Of a stretch of DNA of 64,000 nucleotides, positions 28,055 through 40,214 are shown in pieces. The notes under the pieces were generated by a model, which worked only from the letters and a program-made list of their open reading frames with translations, was not told the origin of the DNA and did no database searches. Location: positions 11,966,080-12,030,079 of the forward strand of contig OZ199839.1 in the NCBI GenBank assembly GCA_964304625.1, in the 5' to 3' direction. The stretch comes from Kudoa neothunni. Its lineage: Eukaryota > Animalia > Cnidaria. The position numbers and the translations under genes were made by a program. Position 1 is the first letter of the stretch, and every line of letters begins with the position of its first letter.

Positions 28055-29720
28055 TATTTCTTTTAAAATATCAGCTAAACTACAGTATCTGTGTACGAAC
28101 TTGAGGCGGTGTCGCATACATAATCGGAAATAAAGTCATTTCCTACAATTACAATTCGTCCTGTTAATTCAGCTCGTTTTCAAAAGCTTTTTCATTTTTG
28201 TTCTTATCACAAAAAATTACATTGTGTAGTTAAAATAAAATCAAAAAGAATTAATCTAAAGCTGGAAATAAATTTAAGTAGAGCACATTCGGATTCACCA
28301 GGAATATCTATGTTGTTGATAAATTAATCGAAAAAATTATTATTTCTCTATAGTATTAACAAATTCAAAGTCTTTAATTGTTCATTTAATTTTTTCATTT
28401 GTTTCTACTAGTAATAAATTTGTAAATGTTCAATATTGTGAATTTGTATTTTTAAAACAGAACTTTCTGATTTATTCTATTCAAAATTAAAACTAAGAAG
28501 TTTTAATTTAACAATAATATTCCTTAGTGTGGCTTTTAGTTTATAAATTTTTCAGCATAGTTTATTCATGATTAAAAAAATTTTATAATAATATTTGTTT
28601 CAAAATTCAAACGTGAAATTTTTACTTTATTTTTTTAAGTTATATTTTTATTTATTTACATTAAGTAACAAAATACTCAATAATTGTTTTTTAATTATAT
28701 TAATTCAAATCAATTATGGATATCTATAAGTCAAAAGCATTTTTTTATTATTTATCTCAACATTAATTACTTAGTTTTTTAATATAACATGAAATTTTTC
28801 ATTCTTTATAGAGAGACATATCGCCCTATTTGAGCACAAATATGGAAAGATAAAATTTTATTTTAACACAGAAAAATACGTAAAAAATTATAGAAGATTT
28901 GCTTCCTACAAAATGACTAAAAACATTTTCACGGGGTATGATATGTATGATTTTAGGTTTTATGCAAACAGATCATTTCGTTAATGTTTTCAAAAGTGAA
29001 TTTTAAATGTTTTATAGTGTTTATTTTACTTTATAATTATTTTAAAATAATTTAGTAATTGAATTAATTCTATACGGAAGGTTATATTATATTAATTAAC
29101 CCAACATTAATATGAAATTCATTTGTTGATGTTTAACAAGATTAGTACTATTCATAAGGTACGATTTAGAGCTTATTGTGAACAATAAGGAGAAAATCGA
29201 TTTTTAGGTGCTCTAAAAAGGAAATTCAAACGCTCAGTAGTGTTTATTCGTTTTTAAAAATATTAAATAAAGTTCATGCACCCAATGAGTTAAATAAATC
29301 ATCAGTTAATTGGGTAATCTTTTTACTACTTATAAAAGTACTCTGAGTTTACTTTGAACTTCAAATGACCTTGGCCTACTCAAGGCTTTAGTCTGCGGGG
29401 CTTTTGCGCTAGTATTTTATAATCTAATTCAATATCTGTGGGTGGTTAGGTGTTTCAAACGGTTAAAACGTATTTAATTATTTTACTGATATGTATTATA
29501 TATGAAAATATTTTCAAAGATAAACCACAAAACGTTGGAATCATGAACTCCCTATCCAAATCCTTAATAATCCCCACTTCAACACATAATCACCCTCGTT
29601 TTTTAAAGGCCTACTCACAAATGACCTCGCAAGTTATCCATTATAATAAATTGATTGTGCAATGTAACGAAAATCATGACAAATAAAAATTTATAAATAT
29701 CTTATTGAACCACTTAAATT
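28055..29720 (-). repeat. Copy 1 of local segmental duplication (BTB/POZ-like pseudogene fragment)
   Basis: Direct repeat of 35733-36880. Minus-strand NNFFD..INNIDIPGESECALLK vs NNFFDVSINNIEIPCES*CVRLK shows third-position changes. The resemblance to the BTB N-terminus is weak. Confidence 0.8.
28802..29412 (+). mobile_element. Non-autonomous Helitron (family of element A) inserted in duplication copy 1
   Basis: Ends GCGGGGCTTTTGCGCTAG. The paralogous copy shows the empty site CA|TATTTTATAATCTA (~36590), i.e. insertion between A and T without a TSD. Confidence 0.8.
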
Positions 29721-30639
29721 CGAGTTAAACGTAAATTTTTCGAGAAAAATTGAAAAATCATGTATCCATTAAACATTAAATTAGAAAATGGGATGAAAAA
29801 AATTTTAAAACTATTTATAAATGAATTTATACAAGTATCAATCATTAGTCTTTCTGAGTCCGTATGTCTGCAAAGTTTCGGTAATCCCAAAAATGTATTC
29901 ATGGTCTATTGTGAACTGCTGTCGTTGTCGTTGTCATTGTTTAAATTAGAATAATAAATTATTCTGATAAAAATACTTCTTGAATTACTATTGAGCAAAC
30001 TATTTGATATTAACTCTAATCCTCTTAGGTCCCGTGAACACTCGGAGAAATTTAAAACCCACAAAAAATTTTGAGATATATAATATTAATATTAAATTTA
30101 TTTATTCATATTCACAAATATTCTTTAAAACTGGCTCAAAATAAACATTCTAAAAAAACTTTGAATATTAAAAATTTTAGCTAATACTATAATTTAATTA
30201 TAAACTTTAATTTAATTATAAACTTTACACTTAAAGGTTAGCTGACCTCTTAAACGTCTTTTAATTCTCATTTATAGAGAAAAATGCAGAATAATCTGAA
30301 ATTTGGTCCCGGGAGGGTTAATCTTTTCCATTCTAATTGAGTTATTCTTTCCTTTCCTTTCATGGCAATAAAACTGATATTTCCTAATAGGCTTTCAATT
30401 TAAGAACAATAAGTACCATTTTTGAGTTAAACAGAAAAATATGATGCATATCATCCTACTAAATGGAACTGTTTTTAGAAAATAGGTTCAAATAAATAAA
30501 ACTAAATAGAAAATATTATATTTCATGTCAATAAAAGATCATAATAACAAATAATAAAATGGAAAAAAATAAGTTATTGTTACTTCCTCCAAAAGCCAAA
30601 AGTATAAACGATATTAAATCATAAAAATTATTATAAAAA

Positions 30640-33414
30640 TAAATTTACAAATTATAACCAGGAAATAAGCAACAGAGTGTACACTGAGAATGCAATAATT
30701 AGAATCATCTCTAAAATATACATATTATTGTTATGGAAATTATATGTTAAATTTGCCTTTTACAGTCAATCGTCGATTTTTGACAAAAACATCCCTAAAG
30801 TATTTAGGAAATATATTCCGAAATACAAAAATTACGCTATTTAATCATTATTATGAAGATTAAATAACTAAAATAAACTTAATATAATAATTTTTAGGTT
30901 TCTATAAAATTAAAATTTAAAAATATTATTTATAAATTTAAAATTATTTTTTAGTAAAAGTTATACGAGGATATATATTTAGAAGGTTGAAAGTTTATTT
31001 TGTATTCAGGGTTGTTGTATTCAGGCCTAAACGTAATTTATAGAGCGACATTAGGTCGAATTACCTAATATAATATGAGCAGATTCCATCAAAGTTGCAG
31101 TACTATAAATTCTTTCAAAATTTATATTAGGTAATTAAGTTATACTTGGTGGGTGGGACAACTTATATTCTTGCATTTTCCAATTTCTTTATATTCGCTC
31201 ATACAATCACCTTGATAACAAACCTTTTGTTTTTTATTAAAAAGGTGGGATATCATTCGTTCATATGTATGTATATTACAGTTCCTATAGGGCATTTAAT
31301 ATTTCTGCACAATTTTTTATTTTTGTTAGCGTTAATGCATCTATTATTCAAACACATCTAAAAATGTTGTTAATAATTTTTTTTATATGTATTACTTTAG
31401 ATATTCCGCAATAATGACCGTTAGGAATGAGGCCAAGATAGTTATCCGATAGAGATGGTTTTACGAATCTACTCACATATAAAGTGGAATTTTAAATATT
31501 AATATTTACGGACAATATCCACCAGATTCAACGTGTGAATAATATATACCGAAATATTTAGAAAATATATCCGTAAAGCAAGGCAAAAGGCCACAATAAG
31601 ATGTGCTATCATATGTTTAATTGGAAACTGTTCACACAAGTTTACCTAGTTTTTTCCTCAGGCAGAGTCAAATCAATATTTTTTTGAAGAGATAATAAAT
31701 AAATACATCTCGTATCATACCTCAAGTTCTCTATGTAATGCTATTGTAAAATGTAAATATACAATCTAGTTATTTACGAAAATCATGTAACGTAAGACAC
31801 TGACTTTGTGGATTTGGACATATTCCATTCACACAAAATGCCTTGTTATATAAAAAAGGATTATTCGATAAAAATATTAATAATTTTGTACACGGCCACC
31901 GTTACACGGGGTTCCGTCTGGAACAATGTTGGATGCTGGACACTATCTCAAACATTCAGTTAATTTAAGTACAATTGACATATATAATACTAGAGAGCTT
32001 TTTCCAGAACATCTTTCTTCCTCATGACAATTGTCACCGTTACGACATAACTTACCCCTTTTTTTGAACTGTGAATGATGATTCAAATACATTTACATAA
32101 AGTATATTTAAATATACTTTACAATTTTCACAACATTCCCCTTTAGAACATTCAAAACCTTTTATTAATGTACATGAAGTCATATTGCAGCATTCATTTT
32201 CTCGAGCCAATATGCAATTGGCTTCAAACCCACAATCACATTCTTCGCCAGGATCTATCATACCATTTCCACAAACTTGAAAGATAGGATGGTTAACGTT
32301 ATTCTACACATTACATAAATTTAATTCGTAACTCAATAAATGTTTTATAAAAACCAATAAAAAGTCATTCCTGTGGTATTTTTCAAAAAAATTTCTCAAA
32401 TGTTCAAAACTTTTTATACTGAAAGCTGGCGGATAAGGGAATTCTTCAGGCCTAGATGAACAATGTATAGATAAAAATAACTATCTGTAGTAATACCACA
32501 GGAATGCACTGGAACTCATTATACACCCCGGATTCGCTTGAAAACAATCATTTTCTATGATATGTTATGTAATTACATAACATATCATAGATACACAGTA
32601 TCATAACAAATACCTGCTCCGTCAAAATGACTACAACCGAGCAAGTGGCCTAATTCGTGAGAAAATGTAACGTGATTTATGTTACGATCAAGAAATATTT
32701 TATCTAATATCTTTGACACCTTTTGAATAGGAACAATAATTATTATGATACTTTGACAACTGCAGTTCCAAACACAGGATTGTTTCCAATATTACTTAGA
32801 GCTCTTCCATCGTTATTAACGTTATTTTGAAACCTTTGTTAAATTCATTTATTTGAATCAGAGAAACCTTTTACACAAAAAGTATATAAAGTCCCGTTGT
32901 AATGGATGATTGTTTAAGAAATGTTCGAAATTCGTCAACTGTCTCGAATATTGTTTTTCCAGTCTCTGGAAAACTACTCATTTCAAACGCTTTCACTAGT
33001 ATCTTAATATTATGCCAAGCATAACTCTATCAATAATGTTATCAAATATAACAATTTTTTTATAATTTTATAACTTGCATGGATTTAACGACTAAATCAC
33101 GAAGGTACAACGGATGTCTCTTTCAAGTTTCTTCTATCTGTAAATTATTATAGTTGAATAATTTTCAATACTGTGCTTTTTGCTTTGTGTATGTTTATAT
33201 GCACGTATTGTGTAGTTTCCAAGCGCCTGAGATAATTGGAATTTCTCTCCAGCTTTAAATAGTTATAGCTTAGTCAATTAGTTATAGGTTACATCCAATT
33301 GTGGATTTGAATTATTGATATTTACTTAAATAATTTAACAACCATCGTAATAATAATAATAATTATACCTTGAATAATGATTAAAAAAATAGTAACACAC
33401 CAAAACTTAATCAT
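30640..33414 (-). CDS. ADAM-family (reprolysin M12B) metalloprotease-disintegrin, ~20 short introns, 3' end uncertain
   Basis: Signal exon MIKFWCVTIFLIIIQ (ATG 33414). Zinc motif HELGHLLGCSH (~32630-32662), Met-turn GCIMS, disintegrin CGNGMIDPGEECDCG...GECCENCK, Cys-rich DGTPC/CVNGIC/CGLLPC/PNGHYCG, and EGF-like tail exons. Introns of 32-60 nt splice in frame except for one possible 1-nt shift near 31780. Confidence 0.9.
32554..32591. repeat. Perfect 38-bp palindrome at an ADAM intron acceptor
   Basis: TCTATGATATGTTATGTAATTACATAACATATCATAGA equals its own reverse complement. Confidence 0.95.
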
Positions 33415-34210
33415 AATTTTCCTATAGTTTAATATGAAATTTTTTGATCTGATTATTTATTAATATAATCGTATTATTAATTAATTAAAATTACCAAAAT
33501 TATTATACATTTATACTAAGATGTACTATTTTTTAATATAAAATAATCAATTAATATATAACATATTTAAGTTTGTCCTGATGTGTGATTAATATTTAAA
33601 TTATTTCAAATCATGTATAATTACCTTTTCGGAAGATACGAAAAGAAATTTTTTATTTAACTGAATTGAGTGTATTTATTTTGAATACAAATTTCTTGTT
33701 CTATATCATACAATAGATTTTTTTACAATATCTTTCAAAAATATTTATATATACACGAAATAATTCCATCTTGAATATTATTATAAATAATTTTTGTATT
33801 TTTATTATTGATTATTAACTCATTGAAATTATAAAGTTAAACCAATTGTTGTATTTAATGTCGTAATTAAAGAATCTTATTCCCGCCTAAACATTAATCA
33901 CACTTTTATCATTAACGTAGTTGAAATATAATTTAAATTTACTTTTTTTACAGCATAATTATGGATATTTATTTTAACATATTCTATATATATGTTTAAT
34001 GTTGTTAAAATTTTTTGTTCAATACAATCAGAATTATATTTATTCATATGACAAAAAGAAAATTACTCTCTTTTCAAAAATCACAATTTATAAACTACGA
34101 TATTTCTTATTCTGATATACATTTGAATATATATTTGCCAAAGTATTATTTAAATTGTTTAAATCCTTATCAGTTTATACGCTTGAATGTCCTTATTATT
34201 GGTTTTATTT

Positions 34211-35447
34211 GAACTAGCAATGAGTGATAGTCAGTTAAAATTTACTTGAGAAAAGTAAGCTAAATGTAACTAAACTTAATTTTATTGAGTTTGGGTTATT
34301 TTTACAAGGAGTGTTTGTGATTATCAACCATCGAATTTATCAGGGCCTATTTGGTTCCTCGTAATTAAATCGTAAAAATTCGTTGAGATAAAGAATTTCT
34401 TTTATTTTTAATTGGGATTGAAATTAATAAGTTTAATTTTTCTAAAGATATTGATATTATCGACTGAATTATATAATTTTAAATTCAATGTTTTTCGACT
34501 TTTATTTAGATAAAAGATAAAAATTCGGGTTTTATCGGTTCCTAATTAAAAAAAATATTCACCAATCAATTCGATTAAAATTTTTATTATTTATTATTGA
34601 CAACTGATATAGAATATTGAAAGTACGTTAAGACGCTCATTACAATGAATTATCTTCTCGTTTTCAAATTAATGTTAAAATTTTGAGAAACTCTGATCAA
34701 TATTAATGGAGTAAACTTGGAATGTAAATAAATGTTGACAAAGTCTCGATGAACTTTTTCTATCGTTTAATAATATACACAATTGATCAAAAGTGATGTT
34801 AAAGTTGAAAATTGTTATTATTTTGTACAATTTATAGTAAAAATTATTATGTTGAATTTATTCTTTACTTTGTTTTAGTAATAAAGATCGTGAAAAAATA
34901 ATTTTTTAAATATAAGATGAATTTTTTGACTTATAAATTTCAAATTTTAAAATATTTAAATAGATGAAAAAACTCTAGAATATTTTATAGTATTGAACGA
35001 TTACGTCTTCATTGGTCATATCACTTTTAAATAATTGATAGTTTATAGAATTAATGAGTAAATTACTAAAAATAACTTTATGATAACGATTAAAAAGTAC
35101 GGTAAGGTCTGTAAATCTGGTAACTTAAGGTTTTGCTTCCATTAATTATATTATTTACTAATATGAATGCTTCTTTTGTTGATAATTATTAAAGAAACGT
35201 CCTAACTTGTGTTTGAATGAGATTTAAATTAAACGAAAAGATGTTCCATTTGTCCAAGAGAGAGCAATAACAAACATTCAAATAGCCACTAAAATTAAAA
35301 TTATAATTAGATAGTTAAATTTTATAAATTTTAATATTTTTGTCGTTTGTAATTGAGAAATTTATTCATAAAACCACTATTTCCATACTGGGGTAAAAAC
35401 GACCTCAAACTCATTCAAAGGTGAAAAATATCTACTCAGTACGAGTG
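34211..35447. mobile_element. piggyBac-type non-autonomous element (degenerate)
   Basis: Right end TGGGGTAAAAACGACCTCA...CTCAGTACGAGTG-TTAA. A decayed inverse (AACTAGCAATGAGTGATA) lies near 34212. Confidence 0.45.
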
Positions 35448-35732
35448 TTAATTGTAACTCTTCAATGCCCTGTTTAAATCCCTGCTTTTCGAATGAGGGA
35501 GACATTTACTTAGTGTCTGAGAGTTAAATGTTGATCGAACGAACAAATTGTAGTGAATAATGTATCGATTATACCGTAGACCGTAAAAAAATCGAGGGTT
35601 GATTTCGAAGAGATTAAGTCAATGTATTAACAAGATTGTGTGATTTGTTCACAGTGGATTTTTGTAAAAAATGTTCGGAGAAATTTTCTTATCAACATTC
35701 GGAAGTGCATTATTCTTTATTCCAAACTATTT

Positions 35733-36880
35733 TATTTCTTTTAAAATATCATCTAAACTACAATACTACAGTATCTGTGTACGAACTTGAGGCGGTGTCG
35801 CATACATAATCGGAAATAAAGTCATTTCCTACAATTACAATTCGTCCTGTTAATTCAGCTCGTTTTCAAAAGCTTTTTCATTTTTGTTCTTATCACAAAA
35901 AATTACATTGTGTGGTTAAAATAAAATCAAAAAGAATTAATCTAAAGCTGGAAATAAATCTTAAGTCGAACGCATTAAGATTCACATGGAATCTCTATGT
36001 TGTTGATAGATACATCGAAAAAGTTATTATTTCATTATGATTTTAAAAAATTTGAATTCCTTAATTGTTCACTGAATTTTTTTGTATTTGTATCCGTTAG
36101 TAATGAGTTTGTAGATGTTCAATCATGTGACTTTGTATTTTCAAAAAAGAACATTCTGATTTATTCTATTCATAATTGAAGCTATGAAGTTTTGATTTAA
36201 CAATAATATTCCTTAGTGTGGCTTTTAGTTTATAAATTTTTCAGCATAGTTTATTCATGATTAAAAAAATTGTATAATAATATTTGTTCCAAAATTCTAA
36301 CGTGGAACTTTTTACTTTATTTTTTTAAGTTATATTCTTATTTATTTTCATTGAATAACTAAAAATAAAAATATTAAATAATTATTATTTAATTGAAATT
36401 AACAATAAATTATAGAAATCGTTACAAATAAAAATATACGTTTTTTTAGATTTTTTAATTAAATCAATAATGGATATAAATAAGTTGAATCCATTTTTTC
36501 ATGATTTATCTCAGTAATATAAAAATGGCGTAAAATCTAAAAATAAACATTAGTTAATTAGTCTTTTAATATAAAATGAAACATTATGTCATATTTTATA
36601 ATCTACATTAATATAATTAATTTATTGAGATGTATTTTCCATCAAAATGTTTGTAAAAACTAGTAATAATCGTGTAACGTTGGAATCATGAAATCCAAAT
36701 CCTTAATAATCCTCATTGCTACGCATAATCACCCTCGTACTTTTAAAGGCCTAATTCTAAGTAATGGAACCTCTCTTGAAGGTATACCTTGTGCGATTCT
36801 CGCGTCCAACACTAACAAGTTGAAATTAAGTCCGATAAGCAATTGCAATTTTTATAATATTATTAAAAATTAATTCACAT
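35733..36880 (-). repeat. Copy 2 of local segmental duplication (BTB/POZ-like pseudogene fragment)
   Basis: Blocks nearly identical to 28081-28270 and 28500-28660, diverged in between. 36676-36870 matches 29530-29710. Confidence 0.8.
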
Positions 36881-38016
36881 TTTTAATAGGGTATTTATTA
36901 CAATTTTTTTAAAATTATAATCTTTTATTTTATATTCAAAAGATAACAATCAAATTAAAATCTTCGCGTGTTTGGATAAAAAACGTAAAATATTCACTTC
37001 TGTATAAAAAAATTAAACAGACCACAACATATTTTATAATAACTGGAATCCTAAAAGTTTCTTTATGTATTTTTATAAGTTCAATATAAGTAGAGTTAGA
37101 ATTTACACTTAATTAGTCACAATTATCTTTTTAAGTTGTTTTTTGAATTATTTCAAGTTAAAATTAATTTTCAGTAAAAATTATATGAATTTTATTTTAT
37201 ATATATTTTCGTCAGATAATTTTCAAGTTGGTAATTAAAACGAAAATACAGAAAATCCGACAGTCCGCACATGCGCGATAGTATAAGCGAATGTTTAGCA
37301 CAAAATACTAAATAACGAATTAATATTTAAATTTTGATTTCTACAAATCTTTATCTAATGGAAAATTTAATATTAACTCGATCACATCCATAAATGACAA
37401 GGAAATAACAATATTTAATTTATTATCAGATGTAAATAATTTATTTTAGTTTTCATTGATTATATCGATAAATTAAAATTTTTTATGGAGTTATAGTAGA
37501 AATAGCTTTTAGTCTAAAAGTATATTCTTTTAATCGATTTTTTATATCACTCAATGAAATGGATAATCATTTTATTATCATTAGGTTAAATTGAAACATC
37601 AAACAATTAAATAAAATAATATAATTAAAAATAAAATGCCTTTCACTGGCTAATCAATGCTAGTTTGTTTTAATTATTCAAAATATAAAAGCATTTATCT
37701 TCAAATGTCAAAATTTGTAACCTCTCTGAGGTAATTTTAAATCCAATCAATACATGGTTTTCTGTTATAAAAAACACGAGAAATATAGTCCAAATTATTT
37801 GCACTGGGATTATATAAAAATTTTGAGTGGAATATTAAAATGTTTTTTACAAGCAATATTAATTAGATGGCTTTTCGTATCACATATCTAAAAAAGGTAA
37901 CCTGCCACTATCAATAAATCAATAAATTCGACATAAAAAGGAAAATTAAATATCTGATAACTTATTTAAAACTAATTTTTAAATATTTTTTGAAAAATTT
38001 AATAATTACATTAGAT

Positions 38017-38575
38017 CAGGGGTTTTTAACCGTTTTTTTAAATTTAACCCCTTGCGTTGAAACCCAAATTCATATTTACTTTAAGGTTCTATAATAGTCT
38101 AGCTATGACATAGGCAATTTGCATAAGAACTTCTAATTATAAGACATGTACGCCTGTGCAATAACAATTTTTAATCCCATCAACTCTTACTCACAAGCTT
38201 TCAACAAATTTTATTTTTTAGTTTATGCTAAATTAGACTATTTCTACTACAACCTTTCGCTCTTAAGGTCAAAAATAATTAAAAATTGTCAAAACTAATG
38301 ACACCTAATTATTGTTTACAATACAAATGGCCACTTTAAGTAATATTATTATTAGGTTCCATCACTAAAAAATAAACGAGCAATATAAGAAAATTTCTGC
38401 CAACTTTTTATTGAGTTTAATAGCCCTGTAATATAATTCCTTAAAAATCCTTAAATACGTCATAAACCCTTTAGCGAAAAAATTGCCTCCATCAAATTTT
38501 TCATTTCACTTAATTTATCCCCTTTTATTTAAAATATGCCCACAAGGGTAAATTACCACCGGTTGAGGACCACTG
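38017..38575. mobile_element. hAT (Buster/Charlie-type) MITE
   Basis: TIRs CAGGGGTTTTTAACC / GGTTGAGGACCACTG. The 8-bp flanks CATTAGAT / ATCTAGAT fit the NTCTAGAN target consensus. Confidence 0.8.
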
Positions 38576-40214
38576 ATCTAGATGATTCATTTTAGGTTCG
38601 GTGTAGATACTTAGTTAACCCGACTTGTTGAGACTGGTTGTAAGTTCCAAAAAAATAAAGAGAAAGAAATTTTTATATAATATAAGGTTTTAACTCACAA
38701 GCTAAGTATGTTGTTTCTTTATAATGATCGTGAGAGACATATCAGCTTCGTATTTTACAATGATGGTGATTTCTAACTACGTCAACGTCAAAAAGACAAA
38801 ATGCAAGACCGGAAATATCCTTCGCCAACGATCATTGTCACGAAACTTTTATAAAGCTTAGAAAATTAAAAAAATTTCAAATAATAATAGGAAACGTTTT
38901 TGTATGAATTAATACGGAAATGTTGAAAGTTGTATTCATAGTTTTTAATGCAATAATACTGTCCTCAATTTATTGATTAATGATAAATTAGTGGTACATG
39001 TCATAATTAGGTTAAATTCAACATAAATGTTGCGCTTTTAATTAATCTAATAATTTACATTAATTAAGTTGATATTTAGGGGTTGTACAGCTGCGTGCAT
39101 TATAGTTCATGCTGGAAAAGATGAAATTTACTTGCTCGAAGAAATAAGTTTCATAAGTAATATTTTAATTATAAAATTTTATCTATTTTTGTAATCTCCT
39201 TCAAACGATCTTAAATTTAATATCGATAAGAAAAATGTTCCAAATTAGAGTATATTTAAAAAGTTTTGTTTAATTCTTTCTATCGGCTGACAAAAAATAT
39301 AAATGAATGTTTTTGGAAAAAATCTTAATGCAGATAATTCAAATATTTGTACAAAGTTAGAGAATTTGAAATAATATAATTACAATTTCATGACTTATAT
39401 TTACGTACGTAGGTCGTTCCTCGCATCGCTTATTGCAACCGATATTACTAATACGAATTTTTACACCAAAAGAGTGTGCTTGAATTTCTTTACATTCAAA
39501 TAAGAAGATTATATGATTCCAGGAAAATAATCACCTCCATATCTATTTAATTTCATCTTTTCCGCGATTGGGTACAATAACGCTTAGAGTGAAATCTTCG
39601 ACTCCTCGCACACATCTTTCGATTCTTTTTGAAGTAAAGTTGTTATGTTTTATTTATAATCGATTCATTTAACAAAATATATTACATTACTCGATAATTA
39701 ATACTTTTTTAAAATTGTAGATAATGTTTTGGCGATGAAACTATAATATGAGCGTTTTAATGACAAAATTTACATACAAAATAAATAATCGAAAGGCGAT
39801 GTTGTAATACACAAGGTTAATATATATTTAATACCTACTAATTTACATAGTTAGATATAACTTTTTTTTCGTACGGATTTGTTATAAAAATAATGATATA
39901 GGTTTAGTTTCGATACTCGGTATATTATTAAGTACATATTGTGTTTGAATTAATCATAATAATTAATACTTGTAAAGTGGAGAATTTCTTTAAAGCATCA
40001 GTAAAGAAAGTATAATTAAATTTTAAATATGAAGAATTTTCAATGACTAAATAATTATTTTCGTTGTAAGAATCAAGATATTAAAATATTATACAATAAA
40101 TTCAATATTCCCAGGAAAATTCTTTTGGTTGATAATATAAAATTTTATATTAAATTTTGCCATTAGAAAAAGCTTCAAAAATAGTAATACGATATTAAGA
40201 TTAAAATATCATTT

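Noticed and set aside
28270-28500. Alternative genetic code (TAA/TAG read as sense) suggested by stops in the BTB-like copies
   Set aside because: The stops differ between copies, and the intact lipase gene ends at a standard TAG with no internal stops.
23030-29412. One large Helitron from the TC(TA)n start at 23030 to the CTAG at 29412 capturing the BTB-like segment
   Set aside because: The empty site in the paralog shows that the 29412 end belongs to a short element starting at ~28802.
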